Shown: positions 8,426 to 18,251, counted from the stretch's first letter. The stretch is 64,000 nt of DNA from an uncultured Caulobacterales bacterium (GCA_937929915.1 CALFUN010000037.1:20676-84675); one strand, 5' to 3'. The notes: generated by a model not told the origin, from the sequence alone. Numbers and translations are program-made.

Positions 8426-9559
8426 TTACCTGTTAAACTCTTCTCTAATCGCCTCAGACTCCGCCTGAGACCATTTTTCCTGATTTCTGATAATCCATAG
8501 CGAATGCCTAACGCCCTTCACCATACGTTGTCCTAGCGAGGACTTTCCCATTTGCTTGAGCGTATCGGTAACATTCCTAGTCTCACGAGAACGCGCACTT
8601 ACATTTGGACACATAGAAAGGTGCAAATCTATTTCAGCACTGCTCACAATGTCTTTGTGAAACGGCTGCAATCCCGACTCAATCAAATCTGTGAGCGCCG
8701 CACGAATAGGCGTGAAGCTCCGATGTATAAGATTGTCCTTAGCATCCGTCATGGGCGGCGCGGCGTTGGGATTAAAACCACTCAAGTCATGCTCGTGCAT
8801 GAGGTAGTGCATGAAGGCTGGACCTTCAGCCTCACTCGCGGCAAAGAGCGCATCGTAATATTCAGACGACTGCTTGGCAGCCTCTGAATGTACAACATGC
8901 CATCGGCGGTCATCTTCACTCAAATTGATACATTTTTTGAAGTTACTAAATGCAAGGAACGCTAGCGGCGTTTTTGCCTCAAACCTTGGAATACACTTCT
9001 CATTACACATGATGGTTGCCTCGCTAATAAGGGGCTTCATCATATTCTCAGTTTCCAAGTGTTTAGCGGCCATAAGCTCTTCAATGATGATGAGTTCCTT
9101 GTTCACGAACACAGAGTTGAACTCGCTTCGAAGGTGGCTTGTCTCGGCTATGCCTACATTCTGAGAGCCAAGCATGAACTTGAATAGGCTACCAAAGAAC
9201 GATTTCCCAATGCCCTGTCCGCCTGTCAGCAACAGAACGTGCTTTAATTTCAAGCTGGGGCGCTGGAACTTGCAAGCGAGATAGTTATACCAATGCCTAC
9301 GCTGTTCAGCGTCAACAATGACGAATTCGAAGTGCTTCGCGATGGTTGACCAATCGCCTTTTACAGGAACTACATCGCTACTCTTCCAAAGGTTCAGATA
9401 AACATCTTCGCCTTGGTGAATAAATTTTGCCCTACCAGCAAGATACGTTGTGCCTCTCACCTTACAAGAATACTGACATAGGTTGAAGTCTGTGGTAGGT
9501 TTTCTGAAAGCGTGACTCATGTGTTTCACGCCAAAGCTTTTGTCTGATAGTGCGGCCAT
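8426..9559 (-). CDS. SF3 (D5/NrS-1-like, DUF5906) helicase; probably the 3' half of a primase-helicase fusion
   Basis: Walker A GGQGIGKS, Walker B LIIIEE, NEK and FSNF motifs. Confidence 0.88.
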   Translation of the reverse strand: MAALSDKSFGVKHMSHAFRKPTTDFNLCQYSCKVRGTTYLAGRAKFIHQGEDVYLNLWKSSDVVPVKGDWSTIAKHFEFVIVDAEQRRHWYNYLACKFQRPSLKLKHVLLLTGGQGIGKSFFGSLFKFMLGSQNVGIAETSHLRSEFNSVFVNKELIIIEELMAAKHLETENMMKPLISEATIMCNEKCIPRFEAKTPLAFLAFSNFKKCINLSEDDRRWHVVHSEAAKQSSEYYDALFAASEAEGPAFMHYLMHEHDLSGFNPNAAPPMTDAKDNLIHRSFTPIRAALTDLIESGLQPFHKDIVSSAEIDLHLSMCPNVSARSRETRNVTDTLKQMGKSSLGQRMVKGVRHSLWIIRNQEKWSQAESEAIREEFNR

Positions 9560-9561
9560 GA

Positions 9562-10674
9562 TTACGCCCCCACTTCAAAATATTGATTTGTGGTTAAGCA
9601 ATAGACATACTGACTGATAACTTTTGCTAATTCAGACTGAATGAAGCCTAAACCAATAGGGGAAGTTAAACTTCCTGTTTGTCTGATAGGACAAGATTTA
9701 CAGCCTGAAAAAGCCAATGTGTCCGCAATATATTTGCATGTCGTTGGCCCCGAAGACTCAGACAAAGCATGAGTTATTTTGCGTTCGGTTTCGTCAAAGT
9801 CATAATCCGAGTATCCCTCTGATATTTGGTGACAAACCGCCCTCCCATCTTCGCAACGACTGGCAATCGTCAAGGTGTGATACCAAATCGGCTCCTCCAG
9901 CGTTTCGGAGTTATCAACGCTGTCTTTAACGAATGGACAGCCCTCATAGATAGGGTCAAATTTAGCGAGACCGTCCGAAGGCTTTTCGTTCTTTTTAGCT
10001 TTGAAATTTTGACGTGGTTTTGCCGCCTTTGTCTCTGGCTTTGGTATGAACTCGCACAATTCTGCAAAACTATATGTCTCATCAGACTGTCTGACAATTT
10101 CAACGAGCTTGGGAGTATCGCCTTTATTGTTGTAAGAGCCGGGCATCCGACCAACACGCGCAAGGTCTTGGCAGCTATCGTAAATGTAGCCGAGTTTCTT
10201 ACCTTCCGACTGAACTATGCTTGTAAAACCCTTTGTCAAAGCTTCGGCATTTTGCCGACTTTCATCATCCGTTATAGAGTAGCCGCCTTCTACAATATAA
10301 TATGCGTGAATGCCGCCCCCTGTCGCAACAATGTAGTTTGGTGGTGGGAGCATAGTGCCATCAAGAAAATCAATTAGTTCTTGAGTCGTTTTAGGGTTGT
10401 TTGGTTTCTTATCATTCCGACCATCCAAGTCTAAGAATACAGCAGATAGTTCGCTAACTTCTTTATTCGTCGCTCTTTGCGATGAAGATTTTGGTGTTTT
10501 GGTCGGGTTAATACTAAAGAAAACATTCTTGCCCGTTTGGGCTGTTGCTTCTTCGTACTGGCTTTGACGCTGATTGCGCTTGTACCAAGTCGTTTCTTTA
10601 TCTGGTAACGTCCAAGTATTCGTATAACCAGTAGTCTTTCCTGTATTCAATTTGTTCAAAAATTGAAGGCTCAT
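9562..10674 (-). CDS. RepB-like AEP primase with Cys-containing C-terminal domain
   Basis: FLDLD, TGGGIHAY and RMPGSYN motifs; AGGAGG RBS upstream. Confidence 0.85.
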   Translation of the reverse strand: MSLQFLNKLNTGKTTGYTNTWTLPDKETTWYKRNQRQSQYEEATAQTGKNVFFSINPTKTPKSSSQRATNKEVSELSAVFLDLDGRNDKKPNNPKTTQELIDFLDGTMLPPPNYIVATGGGIHAYYIVEGGYSITDDESRQNAEALTKGFTSIVQSEGKKLGYIYDSCQDLARVGRMPGSYNNKGDTPKLVEIVRQSDETYSFAELCEFIPKPETKAAKPRQNFKAKKNEKPSDGLAKFDPIYEGCPFVKDSVDNSETLEEPIWYHTLTIASRCEDGRAVCHQISEGYSDYDFDETERKITHALSESSGPTTCKYIADTLAFSGCKSCPIRQTGSLTSPIGLGFIQSELAKVISQYVYCLTTNQYFEVGA

Positions 10675-11233
10675 ATTGAGTCCTCCTGCTATTGCCTAGT
10701 TATGCTCTGGCTAGAGCGCATTCATCCTTCAGGCAGTTGGTTAACCTTCCACCCAGATCACCAGTCATGGAAAGCGATGCTAGCTTTCGATTCGGTGATT
10801 AATTTCCTCAAAGCCTTGTGAAAGACTGTCAGAATTTCTTTGATTTTGTGAGTTTCTGTGAGCGTGTGTTTTTTACTTTTTCTTATGTATGGAATAAGGC
10901 CATAAGGCTTAATACCAGTAACGAGAGTCTAACCGCATACTATTTCAAATCAAGAACTTTCTGCGTTGATAAAAATTTGTGCGTATGTCACGTCATCAAG
11001 TATTAGAAACAACTTCATGCCTGATTAGTTTTGAAACAAGTTTTGGGTAGCTTTCAAGCACGTCCTCTAAGAACATTTCGACAAGAGCTATACAACTCGC
11101 AACCTCCAATGCTTTTGCTTGAGAAAACTGAAAGCCCAAGACCTCAGAAAGGTGCCCCTGTATGTTTTGAGGGCTTTCGAGTAATCCACTCTGTCATTAT
11201 AGCATCCATCTTTTCGAGGTATTAAAAGTAACC

Positions 11234-12400
11234 CTATTCTGAATTTAAGCAAGCAACAGCATCTGCTTTATGTCCTGCTGATAAATGAGCATATCGCAAT
11301 GTCATCTCATATGAGCTGTGCCCAAGAAGCTCTCGAACGGTATTCAAGTCTATCCCTGCCATAGCTAGCCTTGATGCAAAGTGATGGCGCATATCGTGCC
11401 AGCGAAAATTTGAAATATTTGCTTCTTTGACTAAGCTTGCCCAAGCACTTTTAACGTCCTTAAATGGTTTGTTGTCATTCTTATGAAAAACATACTTTTG
11501 TGACTCAATGCCAGCGCCAAAGAGATTTTTGAAAGTTTCAAGCGCTTCGGTATTTAGAGGAATGTGTCTAAACTTACGTGATTTTGCATTCTCGGCGGTA
11601 ATAGAAACTTGTTTCAATTCAAAATCCACATGCTCCCACTTTAATGAGAACAGTTCGCCTCGTCTCATGCCAGTGTTCAATGATATAAGAACCATTGGCA
11701 TCAAATGATCTTTGAAAGGATAGTAGGACAGGTTTTTAGAGCTTATTACGCTCTCTCTTTCCTTTAAACTAAGCCTTAATCGCACTTCTTCGTCTGAAGT
11801 TAAGTACCGAACCCTCAAAGATTTAGCAGTCTTAATTTTCTTCATCTTTGCGATGGGGTTTGGGGAATGTATACCCCACTCGTCGGCTTTGGATAAAGCA
11901 GCTCTAAGATATGCAAAGCATTTATTGGCGGTATGAGGTGAATTCCCGTTAGCTATCTTCCTCAAACGCCACTTATCAACTGAAAGAGGTGTGATTTCCG
12001 TGAAACGAAATTTGGAAAAATGCCCGCATTCCGCAAGTAGTCGATTTCTTGTGTCTTTCGGATTCTTATGATTAACATCTACCCATGGAAAATAATGAAG
12101 CTTTAGGAATTCCTCGAATTTTTCAATTCGCGCGGCCTCTTGCTTTGGCTTTCGTGGGTCTTTGCCCGAATGGAAGTCAGAAAAGACCTTTAGAGCTTTT
12201 GTGTGAGCGTCTTTTACAGATAGCGATGGAAATACTCCTAGCCTAACCCTCGCTCCTCGTTTGTACTGGCAATAATAGGTTTTCTTTCCAGTTGGTTGAA
12301 CTCGAACTACCAATCCGACTAATTTTGTGTCGCGTAGCTCGTATGGCGTTTCTCTAGGCTTTGCTTTTTCGATTGTGTTGTTTGTTAGCCTGACTTGCAT
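11234..12400 (-). CDS. int: P4-type tyrosine integrase with N-terminal arm-binding domain
   Basis: Catalytic residues all present: GMRRGE, AKSRK, HDMRH, LGH, RY; N-terminal LVVRVQPTGKKTY arm-binding motif. Confidence 0.95.
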   Translation of the reverse strand: MQVRLTNNTIEKAKPRETPYELRDTKLVGLVVRVQPTGKKTYYCQYKRGARVRLGVFPSLSVKDAHTKALKVFSDFHSGKDPRKPKQEAARIEKFEEFLKLHYFPWVDVNHKNPKDTRNRLLAECGHFSKFRFTEITPLSVDKWRLRKIANGNSPHTANKCFAYLRAALSKADEWGIHSPNPIAKMKKIKTAKSLRVRYLTSDEEVRLRLSLKERESVISSKNLSYYPFKDHLMPMVLISLNTGMRRGELFSLKWEHVDFELKQVSITAENAKSRKFRHIPLNTEALETFKNLFGAGIESQKYVFHKNDNKPFKDVKSAWASLVKEANISNFRWHDMRHHFASRLAMAGIDLNTVRELLGHSSYEMTLRYAHLSAGHKADAVACLNSE

Positions 12401-12519
12401 TGTCGCATCCTTAAGTGCAACGTAAGTGCAAAACTTCTAGGAACAGGTAGTCAAAATGGTCAAACGAAACACGTTTCGTCGCCAAAACAGCCTGAAAACC
12501 GTAAGTTTATTAGGACGAA

Positions 12520-12577
12520 GCGGGATTCAAAATCCCGTTCCATTGGAGTGTCGGTTCGATTCCGACCACCCGTACCA
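12520..12577 (+). repeat. att core (right): displaced 3' fragment of tRNA-Leu
   Basis: 58-bp identity with 4527-4584; lacks the acceptor 5' strand and D arm, so it is not a functional tRNA. Confidence 0.95.
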
Positions 12578-12727
12578 TTAAATAATTTATATGAACATAA
12601 ATAGATAAGACGCCTTGTCTGTGATAGGGTGTGATGGTCAGATTATTTTGAAAAACAGGTAATGCCGCTGGCAATAAAGATGGGCTGCGGTCTTGACCGT
12701 TTCGGCGGAACTGACCACATAGTCTTT

Positions 12728-13414
12728 ATGGCTCAACTTGATTTACAAATTATTCCCGTCACGCCCTTTGCGCAAAATTGTAGCTTGCTTTACGATAAAG
12801 ACAGCCGCGAGGCTGTGCTGATTGATCCGGGCGGCGAGGCGGAGCGCTTGCAATCTGTTTTGAAAGACTTAGATGTGACGCTGAAGGAAATCTGGCTCAC
12901 ACACGGACATCTTGACCATGCAGGCGGAGCGCAAGAGCTGCGAGACACATTCGGCGTATCTGTGATTGGCCCGCATAAAGATGATCAGTTTTGGATGGAT
13001 GATATTGAATTGCATTGGGCCAATTATGGCCATGCAGGTATGGGCCGAAATGTTGTGCCTGACCGTTATCTGGAAGATGGAGATGTGCTGGAATTAGCAG
13101 GGGTTCATTTCACGGTCGCACATACGCCGGGCCATACACCCGGTCATGTTGTGATATATAATCAAAAGATGAAAATTGCATTTGTCGGTGATGTGTTGTT
13201 TCGCGGCTCCATTGGCCGCACAGATTTCCCAAAAAGTAAGCATCAGGATTTACTTAACTCGATCACACAAAAGCTCTGGCCATTAGGCGATGATATGCGC
13301 TTTATACCCGGACATGGCCCGATGAGTAGTTTTGGACAAGAGCGTAAAGATAATGCCTTTGTTGCCGATCATATTATTGGGACGGCAGGGCCAAATACTA
13401 CAGGTGTTGCGTAA
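12728..13414 (+). CDS. MBL-fold metallo-hydrolase (YcbL/GloC-like)
   Basis: THGHLDH, HTPGH, GDVLF and PGHG motifs; start placed at ATG 12728. Confidence 0.9.
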   Translation: MAQLDLQIIPVTPFAQNCSLLYDKDSREAVLIDPGGEAERLQSVLKDLDVTLKEIWLTHGHLDHAGGAQELRDTFGVSVIGPHKDDQFWMDDIELHWANYGHAGMGRNVVPDRYLEDGDVLELAGVHFTVAHTPGHTPGHVVIYNQKMKIAFVGDVLFRGSIGRTDFPKSKHQDLLNSITQKLWPLGDDMRFIPGHGPMSSFGQERKDNAFVADHIIGTAGPNTTGVA

Positions 13415-13425
13415 TGACGCTGTGT

Positions 13426-16400
13426 TTAATCTGTGTCTAAGGTAAGGCCATCTAAAGATATGCCTTGTTTTTCGAGTTGAGATTTAATTTGCGCATTACT
13501 GTCAAAGCTGCGCAGAATATTAAATAATTCTCCGACGACATTAATATTAAATTCGAAAGGTTGGCCGTTCAGAACTTTGGAGTTGGAGCCATGAAATATA
13601 GTGCCAAGCTCTACGTCTCCGTCCAATGCGCCGTTCACTTTAACCGATAATTCTTTATATTTAAATTCGCGCAATGTATCTCTCGCCAGCGAGCTATAAC
13701 GGGCCTGATCTTTTGTGCGAAGAATTTTAATGGCTTCTTCTTGCGTGTAACTGACGGGCGGGGCGGTCTCTACCGTTTGAGGTGTATAGCGGATAGTGCC
13801 GCCATCTTTGACAATAATATATCCGTTATCAACGCGCACATTGACGCCTGAAATAACGATAGGAAACTCACCTTGAACCTGTCCTGTTGCATCAATACGG
13901 TCATTGCCCATGCTTTCCATAAATTCACCAAGTTCTACATCGGCAAGGCGCATGACGAGGCGATTTTCTTCAGCGCCATATTGCCAAGTAAACGGGTCAA
14001 GAGAGAAAAACCCAGCTCCTATAGGCCATTTGGCAGAATGGATTTTTACCCCGCCATTAACAAGCTCAAAGTCAATAACACCGTCTTGCAGCGGTAGGCC
14101 AGGGTCAAAGCTTGCCACCGTAATACGTTGCCGCCCGCGAGATACAAGCGGCAATACAGAATCCATAGTCAGTTCCATATTCATACCAGTCAAAGGCCCA
14201 GGAGCTGTCCCCAAATTCATGTCAATAATCTTGGCTATGCCAGAGCTTTTCAGAGCTTGGCCGCGGGTAAATTCAAGATGAATTTTCGCCGAAGCGAGGC
14301 CTTCAACTTGTGCAATTTTCCCCCGTAAGGCCGAGATTAAATTTTGTGGTTGCAGGCCATTTGGCGTAAATTCCAAGGCGTCAATATCTACATCGGCATA
14401 GCCTGAGCCGTCGCGAATATTATATGACATGGTAATGGGCGTATTGTCTGCTTGCGGCAAGCGGGCTTTAGCGGTTCCCATAAATGTTCCGCCTGCCACA
14501 TTTAGGCGGCCTGTAATCGGGAGGGCAGGTAGGGTGTTACCCGTGAGTTTTACGCGCCCGCCGCTATGTTCAATATCATAATTATCCGCTTGGCCATGTA
14601 GATGCAGCTGCATAGCTTTTGCATTCACAAGCTGTGTTTGAATGTCGGCTGATGGGGTTTTTAAATCAAAAACGGGCGTTTGATCTGTGATGAGTGACGC
14701 CTGTAATGTGCCGTCTGGCATTGTAATTATAGTATCAGGGCCGGGTAAATCATCGCTGGTGATAAGGGTTTGGGTGAAGTCTATGTCCCAATTTTGTTTG
14801 AGCAACTGTGCCGCATTGCCACCGCGCTCTAACTGCCCTTTGGCGCTGAGTGAATTGGTGGTGATATTTAAGTGTGCAGGATTAGTTTTGCGCTGAAGGG
14901 TGACGCTTACATCGGACAGTTTTGCATTGGCACGGCTTTTATTCTCAGACCCGATAAGCTCAAATAAAGCCGCATTGGGTATTATGTTGGCGGTCAGGTT
15001 ATGCGCTGTCCACTCTGTATTTGTATCTAATTTATCAATGCGCAACTGTGTTGCAGCTCTCGGGCGGTAGCCAAGGGTCATATGGCCATTTTGGTTCAAA
15101 TTGAGCGCCATGTCCCCCGCAATTTTCAACCCCTCGACATAGCCGCCCGGTAAAACACCATCATAATCTACAGACCCAGCCAACGCGACTTTACGGGCAT
15201 TTATATCCATACCATCATAGTGCATGTCCACAGATAGCGGCGCGAGCCGTACGGGCCGTCCATCAATTCCGTAGCCTGTCCATGGTGTTTGTGTGTTTAT
15301 CTGCGCGCTAAACCTATCAACACCGTCAATTTGCACCCCATTTATGGAGCGGGCTTTAAAACTTACATCGGTTAAGCTTAGATTTGCGGGCGCCGTGAAA
15401 GCCGCATCTAAAATAGCTGTTATGTGCTGTGTGCGGCGATTAAAATAATAAGCGGGCGCGGCGATATGCGGTGTTAGGGTAAGGTCTGTTTGGGCTGACT
15501 TTATCTGTGCGGGCGCGCTGAATTGTAATTTAAAACCCGCATCATCCCTGTCTAATGACCCGCGTGCATGGATGTCGCTACCCGTTAAGAGGCTATTTAA
15601 AGCTTGGCGAAGTTCAGGGACGAAATTTTGGGCAATCGGAGTTTTGATGAGGGGTACATAAAAGGATAAGGAGTTTGCCAGATCGTCACTCCGTATAGGG
15701 TCAGGGATGCGCGCATTATTTAAATTTGCTATCCATGTGCCTTTTAAATCAAAAAACGGCTCTGTTTTTTGGATATGCCCGTTCCAATCTATTTGGCTAT
15801 TATCTGTATAGGCTTGAGCGGTTTGTAACCTATCCAGGCGGACGTTTAATTGCCCTTGAAAACTCTGCTTATCTATGTCGGGTGTCCCGTCTATGCGCAG
15901 ACTCACGTTTTTGGCGTCTATTGCGGGATGCGATATATCGGATAGGTTCAAATGGCTGTTAAGCTTGGGAACTGCTCCGCGCATATCGATATTAAATTCT
16001 CCGCCGCCCGTGAGATTTAATTCATTATAACGTAGCTGCGTTGGGGCAAGTGAGAGCGTGGCGGTGAAAGATTTAGGCGTATCAAGATGTATATCGCCGC
16101 TAAGGCGGGCTTTGCCATATGGGCTTTGAATAAGAAATACACCTTTTTTTACAATTACGCCATTTTCAGGCAGAATGCCGTCTGAAGGTGCATTATTTTG
16201 GCGCTGCGGAAGCCAGTCATTGATGATTTTACCTGTTTTATCTATGGTAATATCCACACGGGGCTGCGTGATGATAGCGGATTGTATTTGGCCCTTTAGC
16301 GCGCCGCGCCAATCATAAACTGCCTCAATATGCTTTGCGGTAAAGAAGGTTTGTCCGTCATAAGACAGGCTGACATTGTCTAAAACGGCGCGCGTTTTTG

Positions 16401-16626
16401 ATAGGCTGTCAATATCAAGTTCGGCCTTTATGCCGTTATCGGCGAGCTTATGAATGGCGAGAGTCTCAAGCAAGCTATCTTTATTTGACCAAATGACTGC
16501 GCTGATAATAGTGAGAATGAGGATAAATCCGCAGAGAGTCCAAAGTCCCCAAACCCACCATGGACGTTTTCGGCGCGGCCTTTGAGACTGTTTTGGCAGT
16601 GTGGCTATGTGTGTTATCTCTGCCAT
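13426..16626 (-). CDS. YdbH-family intermembrane bridge protein
   Basis: N-terminal TM anchor, long beta-rich body, C-terminal motifs G-LP-I, GG-I-Y and F-Y-L...N. Confidence 0.75.
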   Translation of the reverse strand: MAEITHIATLPKQSQRPRRKRPWWVWGLWTLCGFILILTIISAVIWSNKDSLLETLAIHKLADNGIKAELDIDSLSKTRAVLDNVSLSYDGQTFFTAKHIEAVYDWRGALKGQIQSAIITQPRVDITIDKTGKIINDWLPQRQNNAPSDGILPENGVIVKKGVFLIQSPYGKARLSGDIHLDTPKSFTATLSLAPTQLRYNELNLTGGGEFNIDMRGAVPKLNSHLNLSDISHPAIDAKNVSLRIDGTPDIDKQSFQGQLNVRLDRLQTAQAYTDNSQIDWNGHIQKTEPFFDLKGTWIANLNNARIPDPIRSDDLANSLSFYVPLIKTPIAQNFVPELRQALNSLLTGSDIHARGSLDRDDAGFKLQFSAPAQIKSAQTDLTLTPHIAAPAYYFNRRTQHITAILDAAFTAPANLSLTDVSFKARSINGVQIDGVDRFSAQINTQTPWTGYGIDGRPVRLAPLSVDMHYDGMDINARKVALAGSVDYDGVLPGGYVEGLKIAGDMALNLNQNGHMTLGYRPRAATQLRIDKLDTNTEWTAHNLTANIIPNAALFELIGSENKSRANAKLSDVSVTLQRKTNPAHLNITTNSLSAKGQLERGGNAAQLLKQNWDIDFTQTLITSDDLPGPDTIITMPDGTLQASLITDQTPVFDLKTPSADIQTQLVNAKAMQLHLHGQADNYDIEHSGGRVKLTGNTLPALPITGRLNVAGGTFMGTAKARLPQADNTPITMSYNIRDGSGYADVDIDALEFTPNGLQPQNLISALRGKIAQVEGLASAKIHLEFTRGQALKSSGIAKIIDMNLGTAPGPLTGMNMELTMDSVLPLVSRGRQRITVASFDPGLPLQDGVIDFELVNGGVKIHSAKWPIGAGFFSLDPFTWQYGAEENRLVMRLADVELGEFMESMGNDRIDATGQVQGEFPIVISGVNVRVDNGYIIVKDGGTIRYTPQTVETAPPVSYTQEEAIKILRTKDQARYSSLARDTLREFKYKELSVKVNGALDGDVELGTIFHGSNSKVLNGQPFEFNINVVGELFNILRSFDSNAQIKSQLEKQGISLDGLTLDTD

Positions 16627-16826
16627 TTACGGTTGGAGGGCCTTATATTTTTTGATAGTCATTTGACTTTATAACGTTGCTCTACGCTTTAATGTGTAAA
16701 CGCACCATAATTTTTCGTAATTTTACTTTCAGGTAAATTTCGTTAACTATTATGTAGGGTAAGGCGCTTAATATCTATGATTAGGTTGAGTGATATTATA
16801 TAAATATGTGGAAAAATTGAGGCTTC

Positions 16827-18251
16827 ATGACCAGTTTCCTATCTGAAATGAAAAAAGCCCTATGGGTGAGATTTGACGCGTTCAAAACCTATTCTCATAC
16901 AGTGATCCCGCATCGCAATCGGTATGGATTTTTAATCATTGGCGGTGTGAGTGCCATCATCGCAATATCATTTCTGCGCGGCGACCCGCCAGCTCAAGCT
17001 GCTACGCCCGAAGCTATTGTGGAGGCTGTGCCTAAAATGGACTTAACGCGCTACGATATGGCACTGGCGCCAGAATTTGCGGTATCTAATACCCGAACAG
17101 AGACAATTACGCTCAAATCGGGGGATAATCTTGGCCCGCTTTTACAAAAATCAGGACTGTCAGGACAAGAGGCTTACCGAGTCACACAAGCTTTTGCCAG
17201 TGTCTTTAAGCCCAGAAATATGCGTGTGGGCCATGCATTTGAATTACATTTTATTGGCGATACATTAGAGCATTTGACATTCAAGCCCAATGTTGAAACG
17301 ACGGTTTTTGTCAAGCGCGAGGGCGAAGATTACACAGCGCGGCAAATCGCAGCTGAATTTCGCTATGAAACACTCTCGGTAGCGGCCAATATTGAAAATT
17401 CACTTTACGTAGATGCAACCAAGCTTGGCGCGCCAGATAAGGTCGTGGCGCAATTTGCTAATATCTATGAATATTCTGTCGATTTTCAGCGCGATATACA
17501 GCCAGGCGATCAGTTTGAGATTTTCTTCGAAGTCGCGCGCAATCGGAAAGGCGAGATTATTAAGGCAGGGGATCTGCTTTACACAAGTTTTAGCCCGCGC
17601 GGCAAGCAATCTGAATATTGGTTGTTTGCAGATTCTAAAGGGCGCGAGAATTTCTATGATGCCAAAGGTAAAACGGCCAAGCGTAAATTACGTGCTACGC
17701 CTATTAACGGCGCGCGCCTGTCTTCATCTTATGGCCGGCGTAAACATCCCATTTTAGGGTACCGTAAACTTCATGCAGGTGTTGATTTTGCCGCGCCGCG
17801 CGGCACGCCTATTTTGGCGGCAGGCTCAGGCACTGTGGAGCGAGCAAATCGTTATGGAAGCTACGGTAATTATGTACGGATTCGCCACACAGATGGCTAT
17901 AAGACAGCCTATGCGCATATGAGTAAATTTGCCCGCGGCGTGAAATCTGGCAGCTATGTGAAACAAGACCAAGTGATCGGTTATGTTGGTACAACGGGAC
18001 GCTCCACGGGGCCGCATTTGCATTATGAAGTTCATCATCATGGCAAGAAAATTAACCCGCGCCGCCTCTCACAGCTCTCTGGTAAGCCGATTGCAAAGGC
18101 GGATTTAGAAAGCTTTAAAAAACGCCGTGCGCAAATTAATAAATTACGCGCTGCATCTGAGGTTATTAAAAAAGATACGATCGAGCTTAAAGCTGAAAAT
18201 ACAGCCTATCAGGAAAAGGCACCTACATCGTCGACTGCATCTGCAAATTAA
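16827..18251 (+). CDS. M23 family metallopeptidase (MepM-like)
   Basis: HAGVDFAAPRGTPI, YAHM and STGPHLHYEV motifs; N-terminal TM segment. Confidence 0.93.
   Translation: MTSFLSEMKKALWVRFDAFKTYSHTVIPHRNRYGFLIIGGVSAIIAISFLRGDPPAQAATPEAIVEAVPKMDLTRYDMALAPEFAVSNTRTETITLKSGDNLGPLLQKSGLSGQEAYRVTQAFASVFKPRNMRVGHAFELHFIGDTLEHLTFKPNVETTVFVKREGEDYTARQIAAEFRYETLSVAANIENSLYVDATKLGAPDKVVAQFANIYEYSVDFQRDIQPGDQFEIFFEVARNRKGEIIKAGDLLYTSFSPRGKQSEYWLFADSKGRENFYDAKGKTAKRKLRATPINGARLSSSYGRRKHPILGYRKLHAGVDFAAPRGTPILAAGSGTVERANRYGSYGNYVRIRHTDGYKTAYAHMSKFARGVKSGSYVKQDQVIGYVGTTGRSTGPHLHYEVHHHGKKINPRRLSQLSGKPIAKADLESFKKRRAQINKLRAASEVIKKDTIELKAENTAYQEKAPTSSTASAN

Larger units (their letters stand above)
4585..12577. 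mobile_element. ~8 kb tRNA-Leu-integrated element (phage-satellite/IME-like)
   Basis: 58-bp direct repeats, tyrosine integrase, primase, SF3 helicase, Xis-like HTH protein, visibly AT-richer cargo, no structural phage genes. Confidence 0.93.

Noticed and set aside
10818-11225. Two short plus-strand ORFs (62 and 64 aa) inside the element
   Set aside because: TTG/GTG starts, no recognisable motifs, antisense to the element's main transcription
12520-12577. Second tRNA-Leu gene
   Set aside because: Only the 3' 58 nt are present; the acceptor 5' strand and D arm are missing, so it is the att duplication
12395-12604. 69-aa ORF across the right att
   Set aside because: Runs through the tRNA-derived repeat and has no protein-like features
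16627-16826. CtrA boxes upstream of the M23 peptidase (also checked 38037-38137)
   Set aside because: TTAA-like half-sites are present but I found no convincing TTAA-N7-TTAA spacing
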